DNA from: a virus
Taxonomy: Duplodnaviria; Caudoviricetes
Reading direction: 5' to 3' (one strand)
DNA length: 53,630 nt
Virus record (IMG/VR): IMGVR_UViG_3300048606_000130
Location: 1 to 53,630 of that record
In this document: piece by piece, positions 7,552 to 16,543 of the stretch
How positions within the stretch are numbered: position 1 is the first letter of the stretch
Layout: the number at the start of each line of letters is the position of its first letter
The notes under the pieces: model-generated
Database searches by the model: none
What the model was told of the DNA's origin: nothing
What the model saw: only the letters and a program-made list of their open reading frames with translations
Translations under genes and position numbers: made by a program

Positions 7552-9513
7552 TTACGCGTAGGCGACGCCCGAGAGGTACTGGACCGCGGCGGCGCGCCGG
7601 AGCTTCCAGGTGATTTCGCGCTCCGCTTTCAGGCCGAGCATCCCGGTCTGCCAGAGGGACACCAAGCTCGCGCCCGTGCCCGCCGTGCCGTCCTGGAGCA
7701 ACGTGCCGTCGAGCATTTCGAGCGACGCCTGATCGCTCGATTCGACCGACACGCCGCCGTCATCGGCCAGGTAGATGTCCGACGCGTTGGCCGCGACGAT
7801 CATCTGGGTCGATGGACTGCCGAGCGCCGTGAGGTACTCGGACACGATGACCGGGAACCCGAGGAGCGTGCCCCCCTTCATCGTGAGGCCCGCGAACTCC
7901 GGCTGGCCGAGCGCGTTCATCATCAGCGAGAGGCTGAGCGCGATCGTCGAGGACATGATCAGCACGCCCGACGTGGGTTCGATGTTGGCGGCAATGAAGC
8001 CCGCCAGGAGCGTCTTGAAGTCGGTGCGCACCGCGGCCGCGTTCGTGCCGCTGACCGCCGACGCCGCGATCCCGTTCGTGATCGAGGCCGGCTTGACGCT
8101 CGCCGTGCCGGCGTTGGCCGGGTCGACGAAGTCCTGGTCCATGCGCGCGATGAGCGAGGCCGCCAGATCGTCGCGCACCTTCGCCTCCGCCGACGGACTG
8201 GCGAAGCGGACCTCTTCTTTCGTCAGCACGGAGATCGCGCCGACGCGGGTGAAGTCAAGCGTCGTGGTCGTGAAGGTGCCCTTGGTCAGCGGGACCGGTT
8301 TGCCCTGCCCGACCCAGTAGCCCGTGCCCCCGGCGCTCTGCACGTTCACGCGGATGTTGAACGGCACCGCGCGCATCGCGGGAATGCCGTTCTGCCCGAA
8401 CTGGCCGATGATCGTCTTCGGCCGCAGGTACTCGACGAAGTCCTGGAAATAGTCGGTGTACTGGAGCAGCGGGCCCTGCGCGTTCGCGGTGGTCGCGCCG
8501 CCGACGGCGGTCTTGATCACGGCCTGGAGGGCTTTGTCGTCCGGATAGCACTCGAGCGCGATCGCCATCGCGTCGCTGCGGCTCCCCTTCGCGATCGCCT
8601 GGATCATCGCGAAGCGCGCGAACCCGATGCCGGGCGGGAGTTTCCGCTCGATGACCAGCACTTGGCCGCCGCGCGAGGCCGCGGCCTTCTCGGGCGTCTC
8701 GCCGGCGACGGGCTTGGCCGCCTGTTTGTTGCGCTCCTCGGCGCCGCGGAGGCGGACGAGATGCTCGTCGATTTCCTTCACTTCCCCGACGAGCGTGTCG
8801 TGGGTCTCTTTCTGGGCGGCGTCGAGGGTGACGTTCGCGTCGCTGGCGGTCTCGATGATGGTGTCGATCTCGGCGCTCTTCGCCTGCCGCGTGGCTTCGA
8901 AGCTCGTAATCTGTTCGGCGTAGGTCTTCTTCATGGTCCGGATCTCGCTGCGCGCCTTGACGACGCGCGTGGTGTCCGAAACGCCGGACGTGGTTTTCGG
9001 TACGACGACAGCCTTGGTGCCTGGCGCGGCGAGGCCAACGTCGAAGGATTTGATCGTTTGAATCGTGGCCTCGGCATTCGCCGGGATCGTCACGGCCGAG
9101 AGCTCGAGCCAGAGCCACTTCAGGTAGTGGAAGCTCCAGGTGTCCTTGATGCGCGCCGACTCGATTTCACTGAACCCAATCGAGAGGCCGCGGACGAGCT
9201 TGGCCTTCACCGACTGCCAGGCCTCGTCGAGGCGGTCTTTGAGTTTCCCGGGTTCGTCGATCTTCGCGAAGCGCGCCGAGATCGCGATGCCGTCCGCGGT
9301 CACCGTCGCGGCGAAGACTTCCCCGACCGGCTCGCGGCTGTTGTGTTGCCAGAGCAGCGGGATCGGCAATTGGAATTCCGCGCCTGCCGCATCGACGATG
9401 TCGCCCATGCGATCGGGGGTCGGCGTCGTGGCGATGCCGGTGATGACGCGGCTCTCCTCGTCGATCGATTTGATCTGGAGGAGGCTATACGCCCGGTTGA
9501 TCAGAGGGGCCAT
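7552..9513 (-). CDS. Fused HK97-type prohead protease / major capsid protein
   Basis: N-terminus GIATTPTPDRMGD, LLWQH, GLSIGF, LELSAVTIPAN (S78 protease). Coiled-coil delta domain from MKKTYAEQI (8934). Capsid motifs WVGQG, DQDFVDP, GTLLGFPV and SLWQ. Confidence 0.93.
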   Translation of the reverse strand: MAPLINRAYSLLQIKSIDEESRVITGIATTPTPDRMGDIVDAAGAEFQLPIPLLWQHNSREPVGEVFAATVTADGIAISARFAKIDEPGKLKDRLDEAWQSVKAKLVRGLSIGFSEIESARIKDTWSFHYLKWLWLELSAVTIPANAEATIQTIKSFDVGLAAPGTKAVVVPKTTSGVSDTTRVVKARSEIRTMKKTYAEQITSFEATRQAKSAEIDTIIETASDANVTLDAAQKETHDTLVGEVKEIDEHLVRLRGAEERNKQAAKPVAGETPEKAAASRGGQVLVIERKLPPGIGFARFAMIQAIAKGSRSDAMAIALECYPDDKALQAVIKTAVGGATTANAQGPLLQYTDYFQDFVEYLRPKTIIGQFGQNGIPAMRAVPFNIRVNVQSAGGTGYWVGQGKPVPLTKGTFTTTTLDFTRVGAISVLTKEEVRFASPSAEAKVRDDLAASLIARMDQDFVDPANAGTASVKPASITNGIAASAVSGTNAAAVRTDFKTLLAGFIAANIEPTSGVLIMSSTIALSLSLMMNALGQPEFAGLTMKGGTLLGFPVIVSEYLTALGSPSTQMIVAANASDIYLADDGGVSVESSDQASLEMLDGTLLQDGTAGTGASLVSLWQTGMLGLKAEREITWKLRRAAAVQYLSGVAYA

Positions 9514-9584
9514 CAGAGCCCAGCGTGTGGCCGAACGGCCGATCGGAATTGATTCAGTAGGGAAAATGCAGGGAGAATGGCGCG

Positions 9585-9875
9585 GTGTGGATCGAAGTGC
9601 GCTGCTGCTGTCGTCCTGAGAACGTGCTCGGCTGGCTACCCGTGGCCGAGGACGTGCGCGCCGGCGAGCTGGTGTCCTTCGTCGCGTCCCACGCGCGGTG
9701 GGTCCTGCCATCACCAACCGCCGCGCCGCGTTTCGAGCCGGCGGACCGAATCACCCTGACGGTCGCGCTCTACCAAGACGGGAATCGCCGCGGCGTCGCC
9801 CTCCGATCTGAGGACACGCCGATCGCACGCCTCCGCCAGATTCGCTGCTTCAGAGAACGCGTCAGCGCAGCTTGA
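9585..9875 (+). CDS. Hypothetical protein, antisense within the head module
   Basis: 96-aa ORF (MWIEVRCCCRPENVLGWLP...) fills the gap between terL/RHH and the capsid gene. GGGAG upstream. Confidence 0.55.
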   Translation: MWIEVRCCCRPENVLGWLPVAEDVRAGELVSFVASHARWVLPSPTAAPRFEPADRITLTVALYQDGNRRGVALRSEDTPIARLRQIRCFRERVSAA

Positions 9876-10083
9876 GCACCAGGAGCGCGCGGATCGTCGC
9901 CGAGATGCTCTGCTCTTCCCGGTTCGCGAGGGCAATCAACTGATCGTGCAGACTGGCCGGGATCCAGCACATGACGGCGGTGTGGGATTCGGTGACCCGA
10001 ATCGACCCGGGCGGGCGGCCGCGGCGCGGCGGGTCGACGACCTCGAGGACAGGCGGCGGGGGACGAATAGGTGGCCGCTTCAT
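9862..10083 (-). CDS. Small DNA-binding protein (AT-hook-like + ribbon-helix-helix)
   Basis: RRGRPPGS followed by VMCWIPASLHDQLIALANREEQSISATIRALL. ATGA overlap with terL. Confidence 0.65.
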   Translation of the reverse strand: MKRPPIRPPPPVLEVVDPPRRGRPPGSIRVTESHTAVMCWIPASLHDQLIALANREEQSISATIRALLVLKLR

Positions 10084-12017
10084 GGCGTCTTCGGCCCGCC
10101 GAGCACCAGCATCTGAAATTGCTTGGTGACGGTCGTCGTCACGAGCATCTTGGCGATGGCATCGATGAGCGCCACGCCGCCGTCAATCCGTTTCCGTTGC
10201 GAGATCTTCACCGGCCGAATTTCCCGCCAGTCGTTCTCCTCGAGCCCCATGTTCGTGACGCACATCGCCATGCAGGGATTCCCGTCGTGCGCGAGATTGC
10301 CGCTGACGATGAGCGCCTCGAGCCACTTGGACGGCGGGGAGAGTTTGCGGAAGCCCTGCGCGACGACCCAGACGAAGCGCTGCTCGACGGGTTGACTCTC
10401 GTCGTGCCCGAAATGCCGCTGGAGCTTGCCCACCACGCCGCTCGCGCCGGCGTCGTCGATGCCGATCCCCACGAGATGAAACTGCGGCGCGAGCTCGGCG
10501 ATGATGAACTCGACGATCGCGTCGTGGTCGATGATGCTGCCGGGCATCGTCTTGACGTGGCGGGCCGCGGCCCAGTCGGGATAGGGGATCTTGTCTTCCT
10601 GGGCGCGCCGGCGCAGCGTCTTCTCGGGCATCCAGAAGAACGCGAGCACGTCGATCGCCCGGTCGATCGTCGGGCGGTCCGCGTCGGTGGAGGCGACGGG
10701 GCCGTCGTCGGAGCTCCCGCCGGCCGCTGCACCAGCCGCCGAAGGCTCACGATCGAGCGCTCTTGGAAAGATGCAGACGACCGACGAGAGATCGATTTTG
10801 TCGGACAGGTCGATGCCGATGAAGCAGTCGCGACCGGCGAGGGATGCCCGGGAGACCGGCCCCAGGCAGGCCGCCCACTGCTCGGCCGTCAGCCAGGCGG
10901 ACCGCTGCTGCGTCCACTGACAGAAGTTCAGCCGGCGCACCATATTCCGCTCGCCCGGCATCGCGATCGCCACCTGGACTTCGTCGCGCAGGTACTGCCA
11001 GGGAATCGAGACGCCGAGATTCGGATTGGGTTTGAGCCAGTGCGGCCCTTCGACTTTCCAGTCGTCGCAGTCCGCACAGTCGTCCGACGGTTGCCGCTGC
11101 CCTTTCGCGTGGCATTTGTCACACGCGTCGAGGTGGCAGATGAAGGCAAACCACGCGTCGTTCGTGAGCGTGCCCTCGAGGATTTGCCAGGAGTAGTCGT
11201 AGTACTCGTAGCAGACCGACTCGCGATCGAAGCCCGTGTTGGTCGGCAGGAAGAGCAACGCGTTCGGCCGGCCCTTGATGCCGGCCCGGATCTTCCGGAC
11301 CAGCCCCGGGTTCGGATGCTCGTGCAACTCTTCGATCACGGCGCCCTGGACGCGTTTCCCTGATTGGCTCCGGCTGTCCGAGGAGATCGGCCGGATGAAC
11401 GATCCGGTCTTGGGGATCGCGAGGTTATTCCCGGTCTCCTTGATGAGGGCCATCAGGTACGGCGAGGCGTGCACCATCTTCAGGCAGTCGGCGAACGGGA
11501 TCAGGGCCTGCTCTTTCATCGCGCCCGCGCAGAACAGCTGCGCGCCGCGGACCCCGCGCCGGACCAGCATGTAGATCAGGATCCCGGCGCCGAGCGGCGT
11601 CTTGCCGCAGCCCTTCCCGCCCTGGAAAAACGCGATGCGGAACCTTTGCCGCATCCGCCGCACGCCGGTCTTCTTACTGACGCGGATCGCGAACCAGCCG
11701 AAGAGGCTCCCCACAATGAACTGTTGAAACGGTGACAGGTGGAACGGCGTCCCCGCCTCCGGGCTCACGTCACCGGCGTCGTCTTCGTCTTCGTCGACGT
11801 CGGTTTCCTCGGGGAGCGTCAAGACCGCGGGAAAGAAATCGATCGCCTCCTGCGCCTCGGCGGGATTCCAGATCAGGCCTTTCGCCTCGGCCTCGCGGAG
11901 ATCATTCAAATGGCGCTGACAGGCCAGGATGACCGCGCGACACGCGACAATGCGTCGCGCAACGACGTCGGTCGCGTACTGGGTGGCGGGATCCAGGGGG
12001 GCCTGCTTCTTCGTCAG
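10080..12017 (-). CDS. terL: Terminase large subunit
   Basis: DPATQYA..ACQRHL N-terminus, LSPFQQF, Walker A GKGCGKT, Walker B VIEELH, WLKPNPNLG, GIDLS and RIDGGVAL. Start probably CTG at 12017. Confidence 0.95.
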   Translation of the reverse strand: MTKKQAPLDPATQYATDVVARRIVACRAVILACQRHLNDLREAEAKGLIWNPAEAQEAIDFFPAVLTLPEETDVDEDEDDAGDVSPEAGTPFHLSPFQQFIVGSLFGWFAIRVSKKTGVRRMRQRFRIAFFQGGKGCGKTPLGAGILIYMLVRRGVRGAQLFCAGAMKEQALIPFADCLKMVHASPYLMALIKETGNNLAIPKTGSFIRPISSDSRSQSGKRVQGAVIEELHEHPNPGLVRKIRAGIKGRPNALLFLPTNTGFDRESVCYEYYDYSWQILEGTLTNDAWFAFICHLDACDKCHAKGQRQPSDDCADCDDWKVEGPHWLKPNPNLGVSIPWQYLRDEVQVAIAMPGERNMVRRLNFCQWTQQRSAWLTAEQWAACLGPVSRASLAGRDCFIGIDLSDKIDLSSVVCIFPRALDREPSAAGAAAGGSSDDGPVASTDADRPTIDRAIDVLAFFWMPEKTLRRRAQEDKIPYPDWAAARHVKTMPGSIIDHDAIVEFIIAELAPQFHLVGIGIDDAGASGVVGKLQRHFGHDESQPVEQRFVWVVAQGFRKLSPPSKWLEALIVSGNLAHDGNPCMAMCVTNMGLEENDWREIRPVKISQRKRIDGGVALIDAIAKMLVTTTVTKQFQMLVLGGPKTP

Positions 12018-12613
12018 GCCCTCGTTTTCGTGAACCGATCGAGCGGGTTCGCCGGCGCCGCGGCTTCCGCCGTGAACATCGGTTTGCCGAACGGCGCGAG
12101 GCTGAAGTCCTTCATCCACGTGGCGACGCGGTGCATCATCCCGCGATGATTCGGCCCGGCCGCTGACGCCGGCGACGCTGACAGCGCGCGCTCGATCACG
12201 ACGCCGCGACAGAGCATGACAAACGCCGCCGTCGTCGCCGGCGTCAACGTCCGCGCCTCGAAGGCCTGCGGCGCGAGCTCGTGCCACACCGCCAGCGCGG
12301 CCGCGGTGGCCTGCAGCGTGTCGACGCGCAGCTGCAGCTCCGCGATCTGCGGGTTCGGCTCGCCCGGGCCCTCGGCCTGGCGGAGGAACGCCAGCTGTGA
12401 GGTGAGGTTGCTGAGCTCAGCCGACGAGCCCTGGAGCTCGGCCGGCGCGTCGAATGTCTCGACCGGCGCCACGGCTGTCTGGCCCGCCGGCGCGCTCGGA
12501 TGTTGCAGGACCGTGCCCCGGGGGCCGGCCTGCCCGCTGATCGCGCGCTCGAGATCCGACTTCTTCTTCCGCCCGGCGCCGATTCGGCGGCCGCCGCTCC
12601 CTCGACCGCCCAT
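12014..12613 (-). CDS. terS: Terminase small subunit (P27-like)
   Basis: GGRRIGAGRK N-terminus, AVWHELAP, FSLAP..NPLDRF C-terminus. Directly upstream of terL. Confidence 0.8.
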   Translation of the reverse strand: MGGRGSGGRRIGAGRKKKSDLERAISGQAGPRGTVLQHPSAPAGQTAVAPVETFDAPAELQGSSAELSNLTSQLAFLRQAEGPGEPNPQIAELQLRVDTLQATAAALAVWHELAPQAFEARTLTPATTAAFVMLCRGVVIERALSASPASAAGPNHRGMMHRVATWMKDFSLAPFGKPMFTAEAAAPANPLDRFTKTRA

Positions 12614-12624
12614 CAGGGGGCCTC

Positions 12625-12725
12625 CCGTTTTGAAACGCGACGTTTTTGAAATCGATTTTTTTCGTAAGAACCCCGGCGCGGGTTTCCCGCACCTAGGGTT
12701 ACAGCCATTCGGGCACCCCCCGGTC
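12625..12725. other. Probable cos/packaging-initiation region
   Basis: Just upstream of terS and downstream of HNH. Minus strand reads GGGGGGTG...GGGAAACCCGCGCCGGGG...CGAAAAAAATCGATTTCAAAAA, resembling HK97-like cos regions. Cut site not determined. Confidence 0.5.
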
Positions 12726-13051
12726 GCCGTCGACGCGTGCGTGATCGAAAGCGCGGTTCATCGTCGTCATCAGGTTCGGGCGCGCGGTCGTGGATGTCCG
12801 CACCATCGAGCTTCGGATGTTTGTCGTCACGCTCGAGGCGACAGGTCATGACGTCTCCGATCGCGTGGGCACCAGGCGCTGCCGCCGATGTCGCAGTTCC
12901 TGCGCGTGGCGATCGACCTGCCTGATCACGGCGCGTCGACGCGCGCGCGTCCACGGTGTCGGCATCGATCCGAACCGCTGCTGCTGCTGCATGATGGCGA
13001 CCTGCGCATCGACGTACTGCGCCGACAGGTCCCACGTATCGGACTTCGGCT

Positions 13052-13297
13052 TCACGATTTCCTCGTGAGGTACAGCCCGAGCATCGAGCCACACACCCCA
13101 CCGCACACGTACCCAACTTGGGCGATCAAGGCGTTCGTCTCAGCGACTTGTCGAATAAGCGTGAACCCGAGGATGGCGATCGCCGCATCCGACCAGGCCG
13201 TGCCGAGATAGCTGCCGCGCGCGACCATGCGGAAGTTGATGCAGGCCAGGCCGTAGTTCACGAACATCAATGCGAAGAACAACAGGAACGTCTTCAT
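13052..13297 (-). CDS. Small multi-pass membrane protein
   Basis: MKTFLLFFALMFVNYGLA...GYVCGGVCGSMLGLYL has about three hydrophobic segments. ATGA overlap with HNH. Confidence 0.65.
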   Translation of the reverse strand: MKTFLLFFALMFVNYGLACINFRMVARGSYLGTAWSDAAIAILGFTLIRQVAETNALIAQVGYVCGGVCGSMLGLYLTRKS

Positions 13298-13578
13298 AGG
13301 CCCGCGTCCGTCTTCTTTTTGTGGCAGGTTCCACACATCGACTGCCAATTCCCTTCATCCCAGAAGAGGATCTGATCGCCGCGATGCGGCACCACGTGAT
13401 CGGTCAACGTGGCGGCCGTCACTAGGTGCTCGTCGAAGCACTGACTCATGACCGGGCGCTCGTGATCCGGGCGCATCCCGCAGAGCGGGTACTTCGATCG
13501 AAAGAGCCTGCTGACCAGGGCCCAGCGTTTCGTGTAGCCGCGCTGGTAGCTGGAGCGTCGCGGTTCACGCGGCGCCAT
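13294..13578 (-). CDS. HNH endonuclease (terminase-associated, HK97 gp74-like)
   Basis: RGYTKRW, PLC...C, TDHVVPHRGD, FWDEGNWQSMCGTCHKKKT. Confidence 0.92.
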   Translation of the reverse strand: MAPREPRRSSYQRGYTKRWALVSRLFRSKYPLCGMRPDHERPVMSQCFDEHLVTAATLTDHVVPHRGDQILFWDEGNWQSMCGTCHKKKTDAGL

Positions 13579-13876
13579 GGGGATCCAGGGGGAGTTCGGC
13601 CTTCGCCATGCGGAGGCGGCGTTTCAGGGTGCGGTTCTCGGCCTGGAGCTCCTCGGTCTCTTGATGATTCGCGCGCCGGAGCGCCTCGAGGAACGCCGTT
13701 CCCTCATGCACGTGAACGTCGTCGATAATCGTCGGCGTCGACGGATCGGCGTGGTGCGTCGTCTTGATGATCACGAGTCGTCCCTTTCCCCAGCCGAAGC
13801 CGCCTTGCTTGCCCACACGGTCAGGATGCCCTCGGCGTCGGCACCGTGTACATCGGGCCTTCGTCGCCGGCTTCAT
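13565..13876 (-). CDS. Hypothetical protein (CxxC, C-terminal coiled coil)
   Basis: MKPATKARCTRC...EELQAENRTLKRRL. Operon position. Confidence 0.55.
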   Translation of the reverse strand: MKPATKARCTRCRRRGHPDRVGKQGGFGWGKGRLVIIKTTHHADPSTPTIIDDVHVHEGTAFLEALRRANHQETEELQAENRTLKRRLRMAKAELPLDPHGAA

Positions 13877-14287
13877 CCCGGATCGCGACGCCGTGCAGGT
13901 CGATCCCGGGCGACGAAGACGCGAATGCGCATGTCCTGCGGGGCGAGCGCCCGCTGCGGCCGGCTCTCGACCCGAAACCGCGGCAGCTGCGGCGCGGCCC
14001 CGACGACGGACGTCAGGGCGAGCGCGAGCCCGCCGACCCGCACCAGGCGGGAGAGAGCGCCGATCGGGTCGATCGCTCTCCGCATGGGTGGCGGGATCCT
14101 TTTCAGTTTGTGAGGTCGGTGACGAGAAGGGCCCGATCAGAATGACCGGGTCGGTACAAGGAGTGTCCGCCTGCGGGGGTGCACCGAAGCGCAACCGTGT
14201 GGCTCCAGTAGCCTCCCGTCGCCTCTAGTAGCGTCGCGCGCTCGTCTAAACTACAGAGGGAGACCGCATTATGGGGTTTCCCCCTTG

Positions 14288-14581
14288 ATGCCGCTGCATG
14301 CTCCTGGCCCGTCGCCGCACCTGCCGCACCAGCCGCGCCTCCTCGAGGTGCATGAGGTCGCCTATCAATTGCGCTGCAGCCAGGAAACCGTGCGGCGGTT
14401 GATCCGGAGCGGCAAGCTGCCCGCGGCCCGTCTCGGCTCGCATTTTCGCGTCAAGCAGTCCGACCTCGACGCGTTCATCGACAGCCTCATGGTGCACATC
14501 GCCTTCGGGGAACGCGCGATCGATCGGCAGCTCAGTGAAGCGACGACCCAGTTGACACGATCGAGGAAGGCCAGCCGGTGA
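14288..14581 (+). CDS. Excisionase-like HTH_17 DNA-binding protein
   Basis: LLEVHEVAYQLRCSQETVRRLIRSGKLPAARLGSHFRVKQSDLDAFI. Confidence 0.88.
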   Translation: MPLHAPGPSPHLPHQPRLLEVHEVAYQLRCSQETVRRLIRSGKLPAARLGSHFRVKQSDLDAFIDSLMVHIAFGERAIDRQLSEATTQLTRSRKASR

Positions 14582-14919
14582 TGCCCGAGGCAGCCGCCCC
14601 GACGTTCGTCCACAGCGGGCGCCGCTACACCTGGAGTGGCGGGTTCGGCGCGATCTTTACGTCGCGCGAGCGTGGCGTCGCGGCCGGGAATGTCCGGATG
14701 ATCGCCGGCGAACTGTTTTATGCCTACATGGTGCAGCCGTCGCTCTGGCCCTGGGCTGGCGAAATCTGGTGGACGCAGCCGCAGCTCACCATGGACCACG
14801 TTCGTGAGTTGAAGGCCCGCCTGTTCAGCGTCGAGACCGGCTGGCCACCGCTCACGCGCCCGTTGCCGCCGCCGCCGCCGCCGCCACCCGCCGATTTGGA
14901 TTTCGGACAATCCGACTGA
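14578..14919 (+). CDS. Hypothetical protein (poly-Pro tail)
   Basis: Coupled to both neighbours by start/stop overlaps. Confidence 0.6.
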   Translation: MMPEAAAPTFVHSGRRYTWSGGFGAIFTSRERGVAAGNVRMIAGELFYAYMVQPSLWPWAGEIWWTQPQLTMDHVRELKARLFSVETGWPPLTRPLPPPPPPPPADLDFGQSD

Positions 14920-15752
14920 TGGCCCGCGCCACCTGGAAAGGCGTCCTCCAGATCAGCCGGGTCGCGATCCCGATCAAGGTCTATCCCGCCACGGAAGCCA
15001 GCGCCACGCTGTCGTTCAATCAGCTCCACGCCTCTTGTCAGTCGCGCCTGCAGCAAAAGAAGTGGTGTCCGATCTGTGCGCGCGAGGTCCCGTCGACGGA
15101 GATCACGAAGGGCTTCGAATTCGAGGCCGGGAAATACGTACTGCTGCTCGAGGCCGAGCTCGACGCCGTGCAGCCGCCGTCGACGCGGGTCATTGATCTG
15201 GTGCGCTTTGCCGATGCGGACGCGCTCGATCCGATCGCGATTGAGCGGAGCTACTACCTGGGCCCGGATGGGCCGCTCGCCGGCGAGGCCTTCGCCGTCG
15301 TGAGTGCGGCGTTGGTCGGCAAAGTGGGGATCGGGAAGCTCGCGATTTACGGGCGGGAGTACTTGGTCGCCGTGCGCGTGCAGCCCGAGCTGCTGCCCGC
15401 CCTCGTGCTCCAGACCTTGCATCACACGGCGGAGATGCGGCCAGTCGATATGATCGACGAGGTGCCGATGGGCGCCCGCGTGCCGCTCGATCAGGTGCGC
15501 CTCTGCCGCCAGGTCATCGTCGCGCTCGAGCGGCCGTTGAATCTCAGCGACTTCACTGACGACTACCAGGCGGACGTGCGGCGGATCATCGACGCCAAGA
15601 TTGCCGGCCATGAAATCCTGATCCCGCTCGTGGCGGCGCCGCCCGTGGTGAGTTTGCGGGAGGCGTTGCAGCAGAGCCTGGCCGCGGTCAGTGTCGGGAA
15701 GAAGATCCAGGCGAAGTTGGCGACGCCGGCGAAACGGAAGCGCGCGTCATGA
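14919..15752 (+). CDS. ku: Ku protein (non-homologous end joining)
   Basis: MARATWKGVLQ..VAIPIKVYPAT, SFNQLH, ITKGFEF, IERSYYLGPD, FTDDY, IDAKIAG and SLREALQQSL. Confidence 0.95.
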   Translation: MARATWKGVLQISRVAIPIKVYPATEASATLSFNQLHASCQSRLQQKKWCPICAREVPSTEITKGFEFEAGKYVLLLEAELDAVQPPSTRVIDLVRFADADALDPIAIERSYYLGPDGPLAGEAFAVVSAALVGKVGIGKLAIYGREYLVAVRVQPELLPALVLQTLHHTAEMRPVDMIDEVPMGARVPLDQVRLCRQVIVALERPLNLSDFTDDYQADVRRIIDAKIAGHEILIPLVAAPPVVSLREALQQSLAAVSVGKKIQAKLATPAKRKRAS

Positions 15753-16036
15753 GGCGGATCCTCGGCGCCCTCACGTGGCTCTTCATCCTGCTGGCGATCG
15801 CGTGCAGTGCGCGGCCCCCGTCCACGAGCGGCACGCCAGACGCGCGGCTCACGATCACGCACTATATGACCGGCATCGGCGACCCGGACGTCTGGTTCAT
15901 TCGGGACAGCGATTCGAATGACTGCTGGATTTATGTGTCGACCGGCCGTGCCGGCGGGCTGCAGCCCGCGTCCTCCGCGAGCTGCACCCGTGGCGAACGC
16001 CGCGGCGCCGAACGGAGGCCTGATGGATCGCCGTGA
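15749..16036 (+). CDS. Putative lipoprotein
   Basis: MRRILGALTWLFILLAIA-C: basic N-region, hydrophobic core and lipobox-like Cys. Confidence 0.6.
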   Translation: MRRILGALTWLFILLAIACSARPPSTSGTPDARLTITHYMTGIGDPDVWFIRDSDSNDCWIYVSTGRAGGLQPASSASCTRGERRGAERRPDGSP

Positions 16037-16286
16037 CGCCCTCAAAGCGCTGAGCTCGATCGCCGTCGCCAGCGGGCTAACCGTGACGCCGGTGACGACA
16101 CTGGACGTCCAGGGCGTGGAGCTCGTGTTGATCAAGTGCCCGGGCCTGGTCAGTCAGGAGACAGCCGCGCGGATCCGCGCCCTCTGGCTCGAGGGGATGA
16201 AGGGCACCGCGCTCGAGCACATCCGCACGGTCGTCCTCACGGATGGTCTCGAGGTCGACTTCGTGCGCACGACAGGTGGATCGTGA
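16023..16286 (+). CDS. Hypothetical protein with twin-arginine-like N-terminus
   Basis: MDRRDALKALSSIAVASGL with a GGAGG RBS. Confidence 0.6.
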   Translation: MDRRDALKALSSIAVASGLTVTPVTTLDVQGVELVLIKCPGLVSQETAARIRALWLEGMKGTALEHIRTVVLTDGLEVDFVRTTGGS

Positions 16287-16543
16287 AGCGCCGCGGATTT
16301 CTCGGCCTGCTCGGCATGGCCGCGGCGGTGCCCTTGGTGCCGCCGATCGCGCTGGCGTCGGCGCCGGCGTGCATGGGCCTCGATGTGGCCGCCGGGCCTG
16401 ATACCACCGGGTGGGTCCTGCGGCGTCATTTCGTCGACGTCACGGGCTTCGGCGACACGAACCGTTTTTACATACCCTCGGGCCCGGCCTATTGGGAGCG
16501 CGCCAACCCGGCGTATCACGTCACGCCGGCGCGCGACTCATGA
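16283..16543 (+). CDS. Hypothetical protein with twin-arginine (Tat) signal-like N-terminus
   Basis: (V)KRRGFLGLLGMAAAVPLVPPIALA. GTGA overlap. Confidence 0.6.
   Translation: MKRRGFLGLLGMAAAVPLVPPIALASAPACMGLDVAAGPDTTGWVLRRHFVDVTGFGDTNRFYIPSGPAYWERANPAYHVTPARDS

Noticed and set aside
5917-9552. 1211-aa plus-strand ORF, and many similar Arg/Ala-rich ORFs in the track
   Set aside because: Antisense shadow frames of real genes (portal, capsid) caused by high-GC codon bias; no recognisable motifs.
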